Below are positions 46,822 to 59,604 of a stretch of 64,000 bases of DNA, piece by piece (the stretch's first letter is position 1; each line of letters begins with the position of its first letter). The DNA is taken from positions 620,001 to 684,000 of the forward strand of contig BROI01000011.1 in the NCBI GenBank assembly GCA_027923505.1. Reading direction: 5' to 3'. Position numbers and translations under genes: made by a program. The notes under the pieces were generated by a model, which was not told where the DNA came from, searched no databases, and worked only from the letters and a program-made list of their open reading frames with translations. The DNA comes from Mayamaea pseudoterrestris (Eukaryota).

Positions 46822-49800
46822 ATGAAGCTCGTCGAGACATGGCTGCAAGGCATTGGCCTCCATGCGCACATTGGAACCTTTGAGGCCGCCGGAATAACAA
46901 CTCCGTCCGCCCTAGCAGAGCTTGATGTTTCGCATTTTGAGGCGCTTGGAATTCAGAATGCTGATAATCGACGGAAACTCTTTTTTCTGGTACAGCGGAT
47001 CAAGAAGGAACTGGCCGAAAATTGCACTCTCGCCAACAATGCTTCAGCTAGTGAATGTTTCGTCGAGCAAAAGCAGCCGAGCAATAAGCCGAGAATCGAA
47101 AACAATGCAGACAAGAAAGGAGAGACGACCGATGTTTATGAAAGTCGGATCTCATCGAGTGCGAGTGAAACGACGAAGCGAAACGTCACTCAGCAATCAG
47201 CCGATGGACATGATTTAGAGGATGAGGTATTGGACAATTTACTAAATTCTACGGACGACGAGAGTATAGCAGAGAAGCACAATGGAGCACTTGCTCGTGA
47301 AAACGCTGCTGCCGCTCTGCAAGGCCATTCAATAGCTTCTCGCAAAAGCAGGCGCTTGCAGCAGAAGCAACCACCAGCAGCCTCGACAAATGCAGCATCA
47401 ATGGTTGCCACGAGGAGCCGAGTCACGTCGTCTCAACTGTCCAAGGAGGCAGCATCAGCAGGTGCACCTGTAGCCAATAGCAGAACAAGAGCAACCATAT
47501 CTCGGCGTTCAACAGACGGCGCAGTATCCAGCGGAAGCAGCACTGACTCCTCCGAGCCACGACGGCTTAGTGGAATGACTGCGCCCAAAAGGCGCACTGG
47601 CGATTCGCGAGTGCAAGCACCGTCCTCTATGCGCACCGGAAAACAACTAGCAGCCATCCCTTCAAATACAATTGCACCCATGTCCCCGTTGGTAGACCTG
47701 CCCAGAACATCAAAGCTCATTCACAGGGATGATGCAAATGGCGACGAGGACGACTTGAGTAAACGACTTTTAAATCGTGGTCGACGGCGCTCCAGTTCAT
47801 TTGGCGACCGTACCAGAGGTAATGTCAGCGATAGTGATTCTGGGGCAGGTAATATGAGTGATCTTTCGAATAAGTCTTCCTCGCGGCAGCGCCGACGATC
47901 GCTTTCGGACCAAAGACCACCACGCCCAGCGACAAGGAATGCCGGTAAGAGCAGCGTTGTCCATGGTATGGATAAAACCAAAATGCGACAATCGCTTGGG
48001 CCGCAAAGCTCAGTAAAGGAAGCAAATGGTCGACCTCGGCGCTCATTAGGTGGTCGAGCTCAAAGTGACTTGGGGCAGTCCTCTTTAGCCGCTTTTCCTG
48101 CAGTCACAGTGCAAGGCACAAAGGTGGACGACTCATTTAAAGCTCAAATTAAACGGCTCCGAGATGACGCAAACGCTGAGCATGAACTTTTTGCTGAATC
48201 TGCGGTGCAGGATGACTGTGAGATGCGAATACGAGTGGTGATTCGCAAACGGCCAATGAGTAAACGGGAAGTGGCCGCAGCTGGCGACGTTGATGTCATT
48301 CACCCTTTGGATTGTGGGACGTACGGCAAAGTGTTGGTCTATCAACCCAAAACTCGTGTCGACCTCACAAAGGAGATTGAGACTTTACCGTTTGCGTTTG
48401 ACAATGTTTTCGATGAAGTTTCGACCAACCGTCAGCTGTACGAGCGATGCGTCCGCAATCTTATTCCTTTGCTATTTGAGGAAGAGCATTCTGGAGTTAG
48501 TATATTTGCTTACGGTCAGACTGGTAGTGGAAAGACCTTCACTATGCTTGGCTCTTCTCTGACGGGCATAAAAGACGGTAGCTCAGTCGAAAGCTTCAAC
48601 AACCTTGGCATATACTATATGGCTTCGCTGGATATCTTCCACTTAATCCAAATTTCCGAGTACAAATCATTTTCTGTGAGCTTGTCACTGTTTGAAATCT
48701 ATGGAGGCAAGCTTTTTGACTTATTGAACGATCGCGCGAGTGTGAAGTGTCTCGAAGACCAACGCGGCAAGGTGAATTTCCCTGGTTTGACGGAGCACGA
48801 CCTTCCAAACCCAGCGTATCTTCTGGAGCTGATTAATTTGGGCGCTGCGAATCGATCGACGGGCTCCACGTCGAGGAATGCGGATAGCAGTCGCTCGCAC
48901 GCCATCATGCAGATTCATATTAAGCGGCCTGATGTGCGTGGCAGAAAGGTTGAACATAGTCGATTGACGATAGTTGACCTTGCCGGAAGTGAGCGCGGGG
49001 CAGATACTGCGAATGCGAGTCGAGCTACCCGCCTCGAAGGTGCTGAAATCAACACAAGTCTTCTAGCTTTGAAAGAAGTGATTCGAGCAATGGCAACTGG
49101 CGATGCAATGACGCACGTGCCTTTTCGCGGAAGCAAATTGACGCAGGTGCTAAAAGAAAGCTTTGTCGGGAAGCATTGCAAAAGTGTGTAAGTCCACGTT
49201 TTGGATAACGTAACCAGCCCGCTTGCCACATTACTTACTTCGTGCACATCGTTCCATTTAGCATGATTGGGTGCATTTCACCGAACATTGGCAACTGCGA
49301 GCAGACACTTAATACGTTACGTTACGCAGACCGCGTCAAAGAACGAAATTCAAGTACAGGAGAATATGCAGGACGGGTCGATCAGCCTTCCGCTCGACCA
49401 GTGGCTATTCGATCGCCCAATTTGACATTTGGAGCACTTTTGCCAGGTCCCGACGGAAAACTGGTATGCGCTGAGTCGAATGAGAGGATGAAGATTGGTT
49501 CTGAGGAAGACGCTACAGTCTCGGCAATGTTGGAAGATCTTCTCTCGTCGCCCTCAAACAAGTCTTCCCCTCATTCTCCCCATGATGATGCTGTTGCAGC
49601 TGCTCTCGGTACAGACGCTCGTGCTCAAGGCGACTTCAACGTTCGCCGTGCAGCGAACGACCTTATAGACAATCATAAAGAGGCCATGGCACGCATGCTG
49701 GATATGTTGAAAGATGAAATGGAACTAGTCAACCAGGTGGATGGCGATAACGATGGACTTGAAGGGTATGTGTTTCGTTTGATGGAGATGCAGGAGCAGC

Positions 49801-49922
49801 AGCTGTCGCATATTGTTACCATACGAGAACATCTGCTTCGCTATCACGCAGCGCGCAATTCAACATCCACGGCAAGCTTGAATTCTCTATCAGATGAAAG
49901 TTTTGAAGACCTCCGTGATTAG
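46822..49922 (+). CDS. Kinesin-13 family motor with an N-terminal SAM domain (KIF24-like architecture); intron 49188-49261
   Basis: SAM-like N-terminus (WLQGIGL...LGI....RRKL); IRVVIRKRP, KTRVDLTK, AYGQTGSGKT, NADSSRSH, DLAGSERGAD, HVPFRGSKLT, TLNTLRYADRVK. Confidence 0.93.
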
Positions 49923-49969
49923 GTCTAAGAGATAAAGCTAGCTTGGCATTTAATTCGATGTTTTTTACG

Positions 49970-52663
49970 TTATGTCCAGTATAAGTGTGTTAGACCGATC
50001 ATGCAGTCATGTCCACAATCACGGAGCCGGATGGCGACTTCAACATTGGTGCTCGAAAAGCTAGCATCGTCCAGCAAAGTTATCATTTCAAAAACCCGTT
50101 GCGGTTCTATTATTCGAAGCAAGAATTCGTCCTTGCTTAAGGTCGTCACCGCTCCGTTTACTGAGTACTCCAATTTAAAACTGTCAGGAAATTCTTTCGC
50201 TGTCAGCCGCCTTGCAGCATTGGTGTCCATGGGGTTCTCCATGTCGTAATGTAGGTCAGATTGCATGGACAACCGTCTTAATGTTTCGTTTGAGCCTAGA
50301 CGAAGCGACCTCCGCTCATTATTCACCGACGTCCAGTCCTTCGTCATAGGACTATCTTCAGATGTAAGGTACGACAAGAACCTTAGCATTATGAGACCAT
50401 TTTTCACTTCCGGAATATCCATTACAATCCAGCCCGACAACTCATTGCCGACAATTGTTCCTCGGCTATCATGGTGTGCCAGCGCTGGGCAATCATCATT
50501 TGATGCCCTCCCGCAGATAGAATAGTAATCACCGTCGCATAAACCAGGTTTTTCGTAAACGAGTTCCCATCCCTTGCCCGGAACGACTCCTGCTAGATAG
50601 CGCGAAGAGCTATCACGTAATGGATATGACAACAACAAAGAAGCATCTGCATCAATCAGTTGCCTTCGTCCACTCACTATGGTGAGAGTGTCGATATCAT
50701 CATCAGCGACATCGTAGCAAGGGTTGTGGCCGTCCGGCCCATCGTACAAGGGCTTGGCGGATATATATGGTTTGTAGCCACTTGCCGTAGGTCTAATAAT
50801 TGACGTCAAACCTGACTGCGAGGGGTTCACTCTCGGGGTATGTTCCCCACGTCCCTGAAATTGATAGCTGAGTTTTGCAAAAATTCAACAATAGCAAATA
50901 AAGGCGGCAGTGATACGTACATGCATTGGCTTTAAACATGCACGAGAAGGCCATTGGCCGTCAAAGCAAAGTCCACTATCTAACGCATTCACCTTGTTCC
51001 GAATGTTGTCGTAATAGGCAGTGATGTGCCAGTAGTCGTCGTCCAACGGTGGCCCGCCTATAAAGAAGGTGGGAATTCTTTTTTGAGTAAGGCGCGAAGA
51101 TGATCATGTTCGGCATGCAGTACACGTACCCATTGTACCCTCGCTCCATTGTTGGACTGCATCCTGTAAAGCCTCAAGCAAAGCAAACGCAAGTAAGCGA
51201 CCTGTTAGCTGGTGCGCTTGCCAACCTGGATGCCATCGTACTTGGCCGCCAATGTTTGGTCGAATAGGAGGGAACCCCAGTTTCTGCGGGTCGAGATCGG
51301 TCCGCAGCCAGCACGATGCACAAAACCGTTCTGCATTTTTGCACAAGTCCTCAACGCCGCTTTCGCAGCTCATATACCGCACTGCTTTCGGCAACGTCTT
51401 GGCTTGCTTATTGCTATTCGTCTTTAATATCCCTGCCATTGCAGTACCCCATTCTCCAACGTCAACGTCGGCAGCATCGTGTAAATGACTCAACGCTTCA
51501 AAGTATTCTCCATGACCCGCCCAAACAACCGGTACCTTCTTTCCTGAAAGCAACGCTTGTCGCAAAAATAAGTCAAAAGCTTCCTTTCCTTCCGTCATGC
51601 CAGAATCCCACAAGATTAAGTCAATATCATCACCATACATGTCAGCAAACGCCAACGCCATGGGCAAGGTCCCTAAGCCACCAATCGCTTGATTTCGAGT
51701 CACAAGTTGAACACCGAGTCGAGCAAAAATGGGCGCCATAATTTTGTGCATTTGATGAATATAAGACTGATGAAAATGATTTCCGTGACCAGCAGCCGCC
51801 GAGTGACCTGCGAGTACTACAGTAAACTTGTCATTGGTCATCATGGCGTGTAGCAAGCGTCGTACAAGTCCCTGAAAGGACCGCTTGGTCGTCCATCCAC
51901 CCTGCGTCGGATCGCCCGTTCCCTTGGTCTTGTCAAATGGATATCCATGTTCAGTCAACGAACCATCAGGCTTGTCCCAATGAAACATTTTTAGTCGCTC
52001 CGCCAATCCTTCCGGTGGTAGTGGCTTGCCGTGTCCGTACTCCGTAAATATGGCTTCCTTGGCACGCGAAATAAGCTGTTCGGCCGCATCCAAGTAGTGA
52101 TTCACAAAGACGGCATCAGCCTGCCACGCATTGTCGGGAAAGGCATCTCCAGGAATGTCGCGATTTGTGAATGCGGCGCAGTAATCTCCCTTTGGTCGCA
52201 TTTCTTCGTCGCCGTCCCAAAATTTCCATTTCGACCACTTTTCTTGCAATGTTTGTAGTTTTTCGTCGGATGGCTGTGAAACGTATGGATCGGGAACAAT
52301 GGTGGCGTAATTTGAATATAAAAGTTCGGTCGAATGGTTCATCTTTCGATTGATTAGTGAATTGCCGTTGGAAGAGTCTGTGCTTGATGATGATGACGAT
52401 GAAGAGGAAGTTGTTGATGAAGCACTTGAAGCTTGTCCGGCGTCATTTCCCTCATCATCGTAGTCACCATCTGGAGCTACTCCACTGAAGATCAGTACGA
52501 TAACGACAATTAGCATGAATGAACTGGCTAATTTTCCATTCGGAGTAGCAAAGAAGGAAGGTTTTACTGGCTTTTTCGTCTCACGTAGTGCTCGGTCGTC
52601 GGGATCGAGAAAGGACTCTTGCTCATGCTCGTCTGCATCAAATTCCATTTCTAATGCCTTCAT
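49970..52663 (-). CDS. Type II membrane protein with an SGNH/GDSL-like domain; introns 51058-51129, 50855-50920
   Basis: One N-terminal TM segment; VVLAGHSAAAGHGN, NQAIGG, WDSGMTE, WHPGWQAH. The introns join three ORF pieces in frame. Confidence 0.78.
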
Positions 52664-53094
52664 GATGCTCGGTGATTGTTATCACGGCTTTATAGTAGTG
52701 AAAATGCGTTGCTGTACTGGCAGACAGGATACAATGATCGGAACGTCGGCAGTCATTCGTCATGGTCGACTTGACGGTCATCGCGGCCGACATGTCGTAC
52801 TGGTTGTAAACCAGAATCTCGGTCACGAGAATGACGTCATTATACGGTTTCCGTTCCGCTGTTTCGTTGCAAACCCAAACGACCACAACCGAGCATCATC
52901 ATGGCACGAAATGAATGAGAGCGACAGATAGGCTAGAAACTTGACAAGCTTTGTTAAAAGAGGCTTCACCTTCTTCAGGGAATAGGGAAAGAAGAAGAGG
53001 GAAAACTGTGTTCTCTTAAGGCTTAAAATAATAGCGAGACGCTGCACCAGCGTGCGAGCGACCGAGCGACCAGCAAACCTTGAATACTACAAGA

Positions 53095-56000
53095 ATGGAC
53101 GATCAACAGCAGCATGATCAGTATTCGTCATTAACTACGGAACGTCGTCAGCCACAGCATCTACATGCAATACATAGCTATGATAACCATGAGTCGAAGC
53201 GACGACCTCTTGTATTGACGGCAGCAGCAACATCGTCGTCATCACATTCATCGCCAATTAATGAAACAGGCATGCCCAGCAATCAACGCCGATTACGATT
53301 CGCGCAGCAACCAATTACTCCAGCAGCTCCGTTACACAATCTACGAGACTGGATGCATCTGCCGACGCCTCCAACTGCTGCCAAGAGTAGCAGTAATGCA
53401 GCCAGCAACAGCAACAGTCGTCAAAATGGCAGAATGCAGTATGGAAGGAACAATTCGCATCGACCGTCACCACTCATCGTGCCATCGCTTTTGAATGCAA
53501 CAGACCAAGGGTCCATTGCATCTACTCCCTCATTTTCGCATTCATCAAGTGCAGCTCCAAGCACTCCACCAGCTTGTACGCTGGCCGAGCAAGCACCAGC
53601 GTCGGGGTATCTGTTGAAAGTGGCTGCTGCAACGAGCTCGGACGCCAAAACGCGGCATGACCAAGCTACTCCAACCACAAGACTGAAGCGACGATACTTT
53701 ATTCTGCAACCGGGAACTTTTCTCTATTACTTTCTATCGGATCAAGATACAGTCCCTCGAGGGTGTCTGGATTTGGAGGGAAGTTGGTTGCAGGAGGAAC
53801 CACCTGATGAAGGTAACGACGTGCATCACGATGACTCTGGCTTTCGATTTTCCGTCAATTGGACCAAGACGAACCAAAAGGTCATTTTACAAGCTCCCGA
53901 TGAAGTACAGGGTCGAGCCTGGATGGAGGCGTTGGAAACCATGCGGCTCGATTATGCGCAACAGTTGCTGCTCAAGCAATCGGCCCGCAACTCTGCACTG
54001 ACGAGTCGAGTGCGTGAACTGGAGCAACAAGTTCGTAACTTCAAGTTGGTGGAGGAGGAAAAAGATTTAGCAATGCACGATGCAATAATGTGGAAGCAGA
54101 AAATGGAAGTACTGGATGAAAATGTGAGAAAGTTGTCACTCTTGTTGCTACGGCAATCAAGGAATGATAACTCGCTCGCGAAAGGTGAGAAGGGCAATGC
54201 AGACGGTTTCGATTTAGACGAAAAACACGATGCTACCAATGACACACTTGGCAATTCACGCGAAATATCGTTGTTCGACAATGAAGTGAGCAGTCATGAG
54301 TTTGACGAGGACGAAACTCGACTCTCGATTGACGCCATGGCTGTACCCGGACAACATTTCCCATCACTCTACAATGCCTGCGAAATGATGCGCGATAATG
54401 TAAGGCTAGCGGCGAATGAAGCAACAACGGCCGTTCAGGATTTGCACGCCGCGAATGAAAAGGTTGAGGCGATTGAAAAACGCATGCTCAAGGCAGAAAA
54501 GCATCTATGCAAAATATGGGAGGAGAATTGCGCACTGCGAAAAGAGCTCAAAATGAAAAAGCAAGAAAAGAAAGTGTTGGTCAAAGAGGTGTTGACTTTG
54601 CGAACATTAGCAAGTAGCGGCACCATTGCGTCAGTTTCTGAACAGCCGTCAGTGCAGAATCGTGAACGCAATGATGAAGATATCTCAAGCGACGCGGCGG
54701 CGTCAGCGTCGTTGAGCGAAGAGGAAAAACTCATCAATGAACTTGAAAACCATGTTTTGTCTAGTATTCGTCTGCACGAACAAATGTTAATGGCCGGCAG
54801 TGGACTAACGCCGAGTGGACACGTTGCAGTTGATGAAGACGGCGTGGATGACATTAGCGGTGGCAATATTCCGGCGTCTGCCCAAATTGACCAACTTGCA
54901 CGGCACGGAGAGACGAACAATCTACTTACAAGACGTACACTCCCAGTTGCTTCACTATTCGATGGTGATGAAGACTCGCACTCGGGGAGTGGCGAAGTGC
55001 AGCTCGATCGCAAAGGGGAATTGTTAGCTGCATCGATATCGTCTACTGCAGTGGAAACCAGCGACGGTGAGGATGACTTTGATGCTATACACCAGAAACC
55101 ATTAGAGGAAGTCGATATTTCCGCATCGTCACATGCAAGCACACCAGAACGTCTAAACCCACTCAATCAGTTGGATGTGGACACGCCGGACAAAATGGAA
55201 TATTTCGTTGCCGAGGAAGTGTCGCGACCTGGATTCACTTATGACAAGGCTACGAGCAGAATCGCCTGTCCCCTAGCCGACGTGATTGGCACGCGCAAGA
55301 CAGCAAACGATATTGTCAGCAAATCATTTGGAACGGATGAGCTCCAAGTATATCACCTGACGTTTTACTCTCAAAAGATTGGCCTCCAATTTCAGAAGAT
55401 TCCTCCTCCACCAGCAAAGTCAAATGGATTGTTAACGGATGCCATTAAGGCAGACATGAAAGATGAACGTGGTAAAACTACTCGAACCGCTGAAGAACTA
55501 CGACGAATTGCAGCCATTTCCAACTCCACTAAAAGGCCAGAAGATAACGCGAATGTTACATGCCCACTTGCTCAGCCAGTTCATGCGGTCATTGTCTGTG
55601 GATTCGAAGGGTTTGATGAATCGGGAAGTAATATTAGGCCCAGGCTCGGGGCGCGATTAGTAGCCTTCGATGGAGTGTCTGTGGAAGTGGGCAAATGGAC
55701 GTTCGAGAGTATTCGCAAGGCGATCAAGGCTCGCGAGCGACCTTTGACTTTGAGCTTTCGAAACGACTTTCTGACGACGGAGCAGCGAAGTATTCTGACA
55801 AGAGCTATTCGGGAAGTTGCAGCAAAGGGTGGCTCCCAAAAATTAAAGAGGACAGTTCCTATGCACACGGCTCCAGTTTATACCCATCGTCGAAGGCCAT
55901 CCATTGATCCTTCCGTGCAATCATGCATCACATACGAGTCGGATCCTTTTCCGTTGAATCACAGTACGTTTCAAAATGATGACGACTGGAGTGTTTCCGT

Positions 56001-56286
56001 AGGAGGTGGAAGCGAGCAGCACAAGGGGACGCAAAAATCATCAACCAATGTGCCGCAATCCTTTTCGGCTGGACGAAGCTTCGCGTCGTCTGTAGATCCG
56101 CGCTCTTTTAGCGAGGCTGGATCTTCCACATCGGCAATTATGTCAGCGGTGGGTCCGCTGGTGACAAGTTTGCTGAGCCGAAGTCAACGCAGTAAGGAGC
56201 CGTTTTCGCCCGACTTTTTGCGGCGACCACCAGCGTCAGTCGAGAATACGCCACAGCATGCCGATTTTTGTTCCGAACTACTATAG
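53095..56286 (+). CDS. PH-domain, coiled-coil, PDZ-like domain protein
   Basis: PH motifs (GYLLK..KRRYFIL...LYYF...PRGCLDL...WMEAL), a long coiled coil, and a PDZ-like segment (IGLQF...GARLVAFDGVSV...RERPLTLSF). Confidence 0.82.
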   Translation: MDDQQQHDQYSSLTTERRQPQHLHAIHSYDNHESKRRPLVLTAAATSSSSHSSPINETGMPSNQRRLRFAQQPITPAAPLHNLRDWMHLPTPPTAAKSSSNAASNSNSRQNGRMQYGRNNSHRPSPLIVPSLLNATDQGSIASTPSFSHSSSAAPSTPPACTLAEQAPASGYLLKVAAATSSDAKTRHDQATPTTRLKRRYFILQPGTFLYYFLSDQDTVPRGCLDLEGSWLQEEPPDEGNDVHHDDSGFRFSVNWTKTNQKVILQAPDEVQGRAWMEALETMRLDYAQQLLLKQSARNSALTSRVRELEQQVRNFKLVEEEKDLAMHDAIMWKQKMEVLDENVRKLSLLLLRQSRNDNSLAKGEKGNADGFDLDEKHDATNDTLGNSREISLFDNEVSSHEFDEDETRLSIDAMAVPGQHFPSLYNACEMMRDNVRLAANEATTAVQDLHAANEKVEAIEKRMLKAEKHLCKIWEENCALRKELKMKKQEKKVLVKEVLTLRTLASSGTIASVSEQPSVQNRERNDEDISSDAAASASLSEEEKLINELENHVLSSIRLHEQMLMAGSGLTPSGHVAVDEDGVDDISGGNIPASAQIDQLARHGETNNLLTRRTLPVASLFDGDEDSHSGSGEVQLDRKGELLAASISSTAVETSDGEDDFDAIHQKPLEEVDISASSHASTPERLNPLNQLDVDTPDKMEYFVAEEVSRPGFTYDKATSRIACPLADVIGTRKTANDIVSKSFGTDELQVYHLTFYSQKIGLQFQKIPPPPAKSNGLLTDAIKADMKDERGKTTRTAEELRRIAAISNSTKRPEDNANVTCPLAQPVHAVIVCGFEGFDESGSNIRPRLGARLVAFDGVSVEVGKWTFESIRKAIKARERPLTLSFRNDFLTTEQRSILTRAIREVAAKGGSQKLKRTVPMHTAPVYTHRRRPSIDPSVQSCITYESDPFPLNHSTFQNDDDWSVSVGGGSEQHKGTQKSSTNVPQSFSAGRSFASSVDPRSFSEAGSSTSAIMSAVGPLVTSLLSRSQRSKEPFSPDFLRRPPASVENTPQHADFCSELL

Positions 56287-56688
56287 TTAATCAAGTATAA
56301 ACTTATATATTGGGGTATGGAATGTGTACATTACTCTACGTATCTTATATCAATGACTGTCGTGGACTGAAGGCCTCTGTTGCCTCTTGGATACGTCTCC
56401 TATATGGTGCCTAGGTGGAATCTCGCCCTACACTATTTGCTTACTCCGGTACCACTCACAATTGTACAATCTTTTGCCAGACGAGGGTTTGTTGTGAATG
56501 TATGAAAGTGAGGGACTTTCAGGAAGTTGGCTTATCAAACGCGTGGTTTCGTTGCCGTCCGGTAGCTGATGTCACAATGGTTCTCCTTCCCTCCGCGACA
56601 ACATCATCGTGGCAACTCCACCTTCCCATCTTGCCATTTCGTCGAGTACGCAACCCAGCAGCGAACACGCTTTAACATCGCTAGCGCC

Positions 56689-58017
56689 ATGGAAGCTTGC
56701 CCCAACAACGAGTTTGAGTCCACTAGCAAAAGCATCTTGTCTTCCATGAGTTGCTTGAACGATAATACAGACGCAGCTGCCGCCCAAAAGCAAGCGTCAA
56801 CAAACTCGTTGCTCGCCCTTGGTGACTCGTTCCTCGTTGACGAAAACTACGAGGAGGCTGTTTCGGCGTACACGGCCGCGCTCAAGCAACCAAACAACAA
56901 TAATCTCGACGGCTTTCGAATTCTCGCTCATCGATCCGCCGCTTACTATCACTTGAAGCAGTATGAAAAGGCCTTGGAAGATGCGCAGAATGCTCCGCGC
57001 AAACTAGAGCATCATGACGTGTCATGCCTTCGCCGTGGAGAATCAGAGGTTTGCATTTACCGCGAAGGCCTGGCGGCGCTGGCGCTTGGAAGAGCGGAAT
57101 ATGCGCGAGCTCTCTTTGAGTCTGCCCAGCAAATGGCCATTACGAGTGGACGCGAATTTTGGAAGTATCAAAAGCATTTGGCGCTTTGTGACGAAAAGTT
57201 GCATGCGGCAACAAAGACTGGAAATAATACGACGAAGAACGATCAGGAGGAATCTATTGCGGAAGCAGACTCGCCGGCTGTAGCTGCGGCTCCTCCAGCA
57301 CCAAGTGCTCGCAGCAGCAACGACTCCATGCTCAATACTGTTCCCAAATACCAGTACTATCAGTCGGACAAGTTTGTTACGATTCAGATTCTCGAGCCTC
57401 GTGTCGAAGCCGAGGATTTGAATGTTCGTTTTCAAAAGAATCACCTTGTAGTGACGTTGCGCAAGGCGAACAAACTATGGACGGTGATTTGCGGCGAATT
57501 GTACGATGAGATTGATGTTGAACGCTCCAAGACGATGATCAAGGACGACAAGGTCGTGTTGAAAATCGCCAAGAGCAATGTCTCGTATGAATGGCCAGAA
57601 CTGCTTGGCAAGGCAAAGATTGGTGGTAACGTTAGCGCTGCTACTGCTGCCGACGAGTCGTTGCTCTCGGCTGATTCCTCCATGTCGGAGGCAGACGCAC
57701 CAGAAGTTGCTGCTCGGAACGATACTGGCACGTCGCCACCACTAGCAAATCGGCCTCGGCCATATACTAGCGGCAAGGATTGGGACAAGATTGAAAAGGA
57801 TATTGCAAAGGAAGTCGAGGATGAGACGGATCCCACTAATAAGCTCTTTCAGATGATTTACGGAAATGCGGATGAGGATACGAAGCGAGCCATGATCAAA
57901 TCATATCAAACATCGGGTGGAACGGTGCTATCAACGGATTGGAATGAAGTCAAGAAAGCTGACTATGAGAAAGAACGCACCGCTCCAAAGGGAATGGAGT
58001 GGAAGAGCGACAAGTGA
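56689..58017 (+). CDS. SGT1: SGT1 co-chaperone (TPR-CS-SGS)
   Basis: TPR region; CS domain (KYQYYQSDKFVTI); SGS domain (LFQMIYGNADEDTKRAMIKSYQTSGGTVLSTDW). Confidence 0.95.
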   Translation: MEACPNNEFESTSKSILSSMSCLNDNTDAAAAQKQASTNSLLALGDSFLVDENYEEAVSAYTAALKQPNNNNLDGFRILAHRSAAYYHLKQYEKALEDAQNAPRKLEHHDVSCLRRGESEVCIYREGLAALALGRAEYARALFESAQQMAITSGREFWKYQKHLALCDEKLHAATKTGNNTTKNDQEESIAEADSPAVAAAPPAPSARSSNDSMLNTVPKYQYYQSDKFVTIQILEPRVEAEDLNVRFQKNHLVVTLRKANKLWTVICGELYDEIDVERSKTMIKDDKVVLKIAKSNVSYEWPELLGKAKIGGNVSAATAADESLLSADSSMSEADAPEVAARNDTGTSPPLANRPRPYTSGKDWDKIEKDIAKEVEDETDPTNKLFQMIYGNADEDTKRAMIKSYQTSGGTVLSTDWNEVKKADYEKERTAPKGMEWKSDK

Positions 58018-58095
58018 AGGAGGACGATTGAGAAGTATCCCGAGCCGTACTATGTTGTTAAGTTGCATAGCAATAATTATTCAAAATAGTTCTTT

Positions 58096-59604
58096 TTATT
58101 CGTATCGCACGACGACACAGGATATATCGTCTACCTTTCCGCCAAGGCCACTGGCGTAGTCGGGGTTATTTTGCTTCTTGGCGGCCACAGCGTAGGGTGT
58201 CTCGGCTTTTCTGTCCAAAGATACTTTTCTCGCCTTTTCACCAATAGCTTTCGCTAAAACAGAAGCTGGCTTGGAGGATCCGGCAGCTTGTATTGCTTCT
58301 ATCAGCAAAGCATCTGGTAGATTGTCAAAGACGCCATCGGATCCGGACACTAGCAAATCGCCCTTGACTAGCTCACAGTTCAATTTTGTTCCGTCACGTG
58401 GCTTGTCGGGAGAAATTTCAGAGAATTGATAGGGACATTCATAAAAATGACTGATTTCCTTGGTGCGTGCCACGACCTTGTCGCCTCGAACAACGACCAA
58501 ACTTGCATCACCAACATTCAGCACCCGCAGAAAGCCATCGGAACCAATTGACGCAAGTAAAGCCGTGGTCGCACCTGTTGCCTTTTCGTTACATATTTTG
58601 ACACTCTCCACCAGTATCTTCTGCATGTCCTGAATGGTAAGTGTTTGCTCCGTTGCAATGCGCTCGTCGCAGAGTTGAGCTAGCATTTTGGAATAGAGTG
58701 GTCGTCCAGTCAGTTTTTCAGCTCCCGACACTCCATCAAACACCCCAAACGTCCGACGCTTGGTAAATATTGCGTCCTCCCCTCCCCAAAGCATCTTTTG
58801 CGGAGCCGCTAACACAAATCCCCCAATGTCAGGAACAATGACGGTGGGAGATTCGTCTTCGCCATAATCCTCGTCGTCAAATGATTCAGTGGAAGTCTCC
58901 TGAGCAACTCGTACTCTAGTCTTTGCCACAAGCTTATCAAAGAAACTTTCCTTTTTGAATTGCTTGGATGCTTCCGCCGAAGAATCAATGTCTGATATGT
59001 CTGTTGAAGGCTGTTCGATAATTGCTTCTGTTGATTGTGATGCTGCTCGAGCTTTCAAGCCACCAAACCAGTCGCTGGATTCGCTTGGTAGCGACGTTCC
59101 AGATTCTTCTTTTTGCTCATTTGCCTTTGTTTCAACAGGGGCTAGAAAGCTAAACCAGTCCTCTTCCTCTTTCTTCCCAATCTTTTCCTTTAGCATGGAA
59201 GAGAAGAAGCTCGTCGACCCATCCTTCGCCTTGCTGGCAGCCGTGGCAGCTCTATATTGCTTTTGCTTCTCTTCTGCTATTCGTTTCTGACTCCGTGATA
59301 GTTTCACAGCGGGAAAGGTGCTTGTTGGTGGAACCCATCGGCTTTCTCCCGTCTTGCCGTTAAAGTAGTAGCACAAGCCAGTGGATGTTTCGTCTAGATA
59401 CGCCGTCCATTCGTTTTCAGTGGCAAGCGGTTCTGGTACACTAGTAGTGATATTGCTACTGCTCGCAAATAGTTGTTGATTTGAATGTCTTGGTGATGTT
59501 GCTATGAAAGGTGACTGTGAATATGGAAGGACTAATCGTTGAAGGAAACAGGAAACGGATCGCAAACCCAAAATGTGAAGCAAAATTAATGAATGTCGCC
59601 GCAT
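58096..59604 (-). CDS. PTC7-like PP2C phosphatase with a WW domain and a probable plastid presequence
   Basis: Signal peptide plus VSC-FLQ; WW domain (EWTAYLD..TG..YYFN..TGESRWVPP); GGEDA, FGVFDGVSG, NVGD, SDGVFDN, GGKVDDIS. Confidence 0.88.
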   Translation of the reverse strand: MRRHSLILLHILGLRSVSCFLQRLVLPYSQSPFIATSPRHSNQQLFASSSNITTSVPEPLATENEWTAYLDETSTGLCYYFNGKTGESRWVPPTSTFPAVKLSRSQKRIAEEKQKQYRAATAASKAKDGSTSFFSSMLKEKIGKKEEEDWFSFLAPVETKANEQKEESGTSLPSESSDWFGGLKARAASQSTEAIIEQPSTDISDIDSSAEASKQFKKESFFDKLVAKTRVRVAQETSTESFDDEDYGEDESPTVIVPDIGGFVLAAPQKMLWGGEDAIFTKRRTFGVFDGVSGAEKLTGRPLYSKMLAQLCDERIATEQTLTIQDMQKILVESVKICNEKATGATTALLASIGSDGFLRVLNVGDASLVVVRGDKVVARTKEISHFYECPYQFSEISPDKPRDGTKLNCELVKGDLLVSGSDGVFDNLPDALLIEAIQAAGSSKPASVLAKAIGEKARKVSLDRKAETPYAVAAKKQNNPDYASGLGGKVDDISCVVVRYE

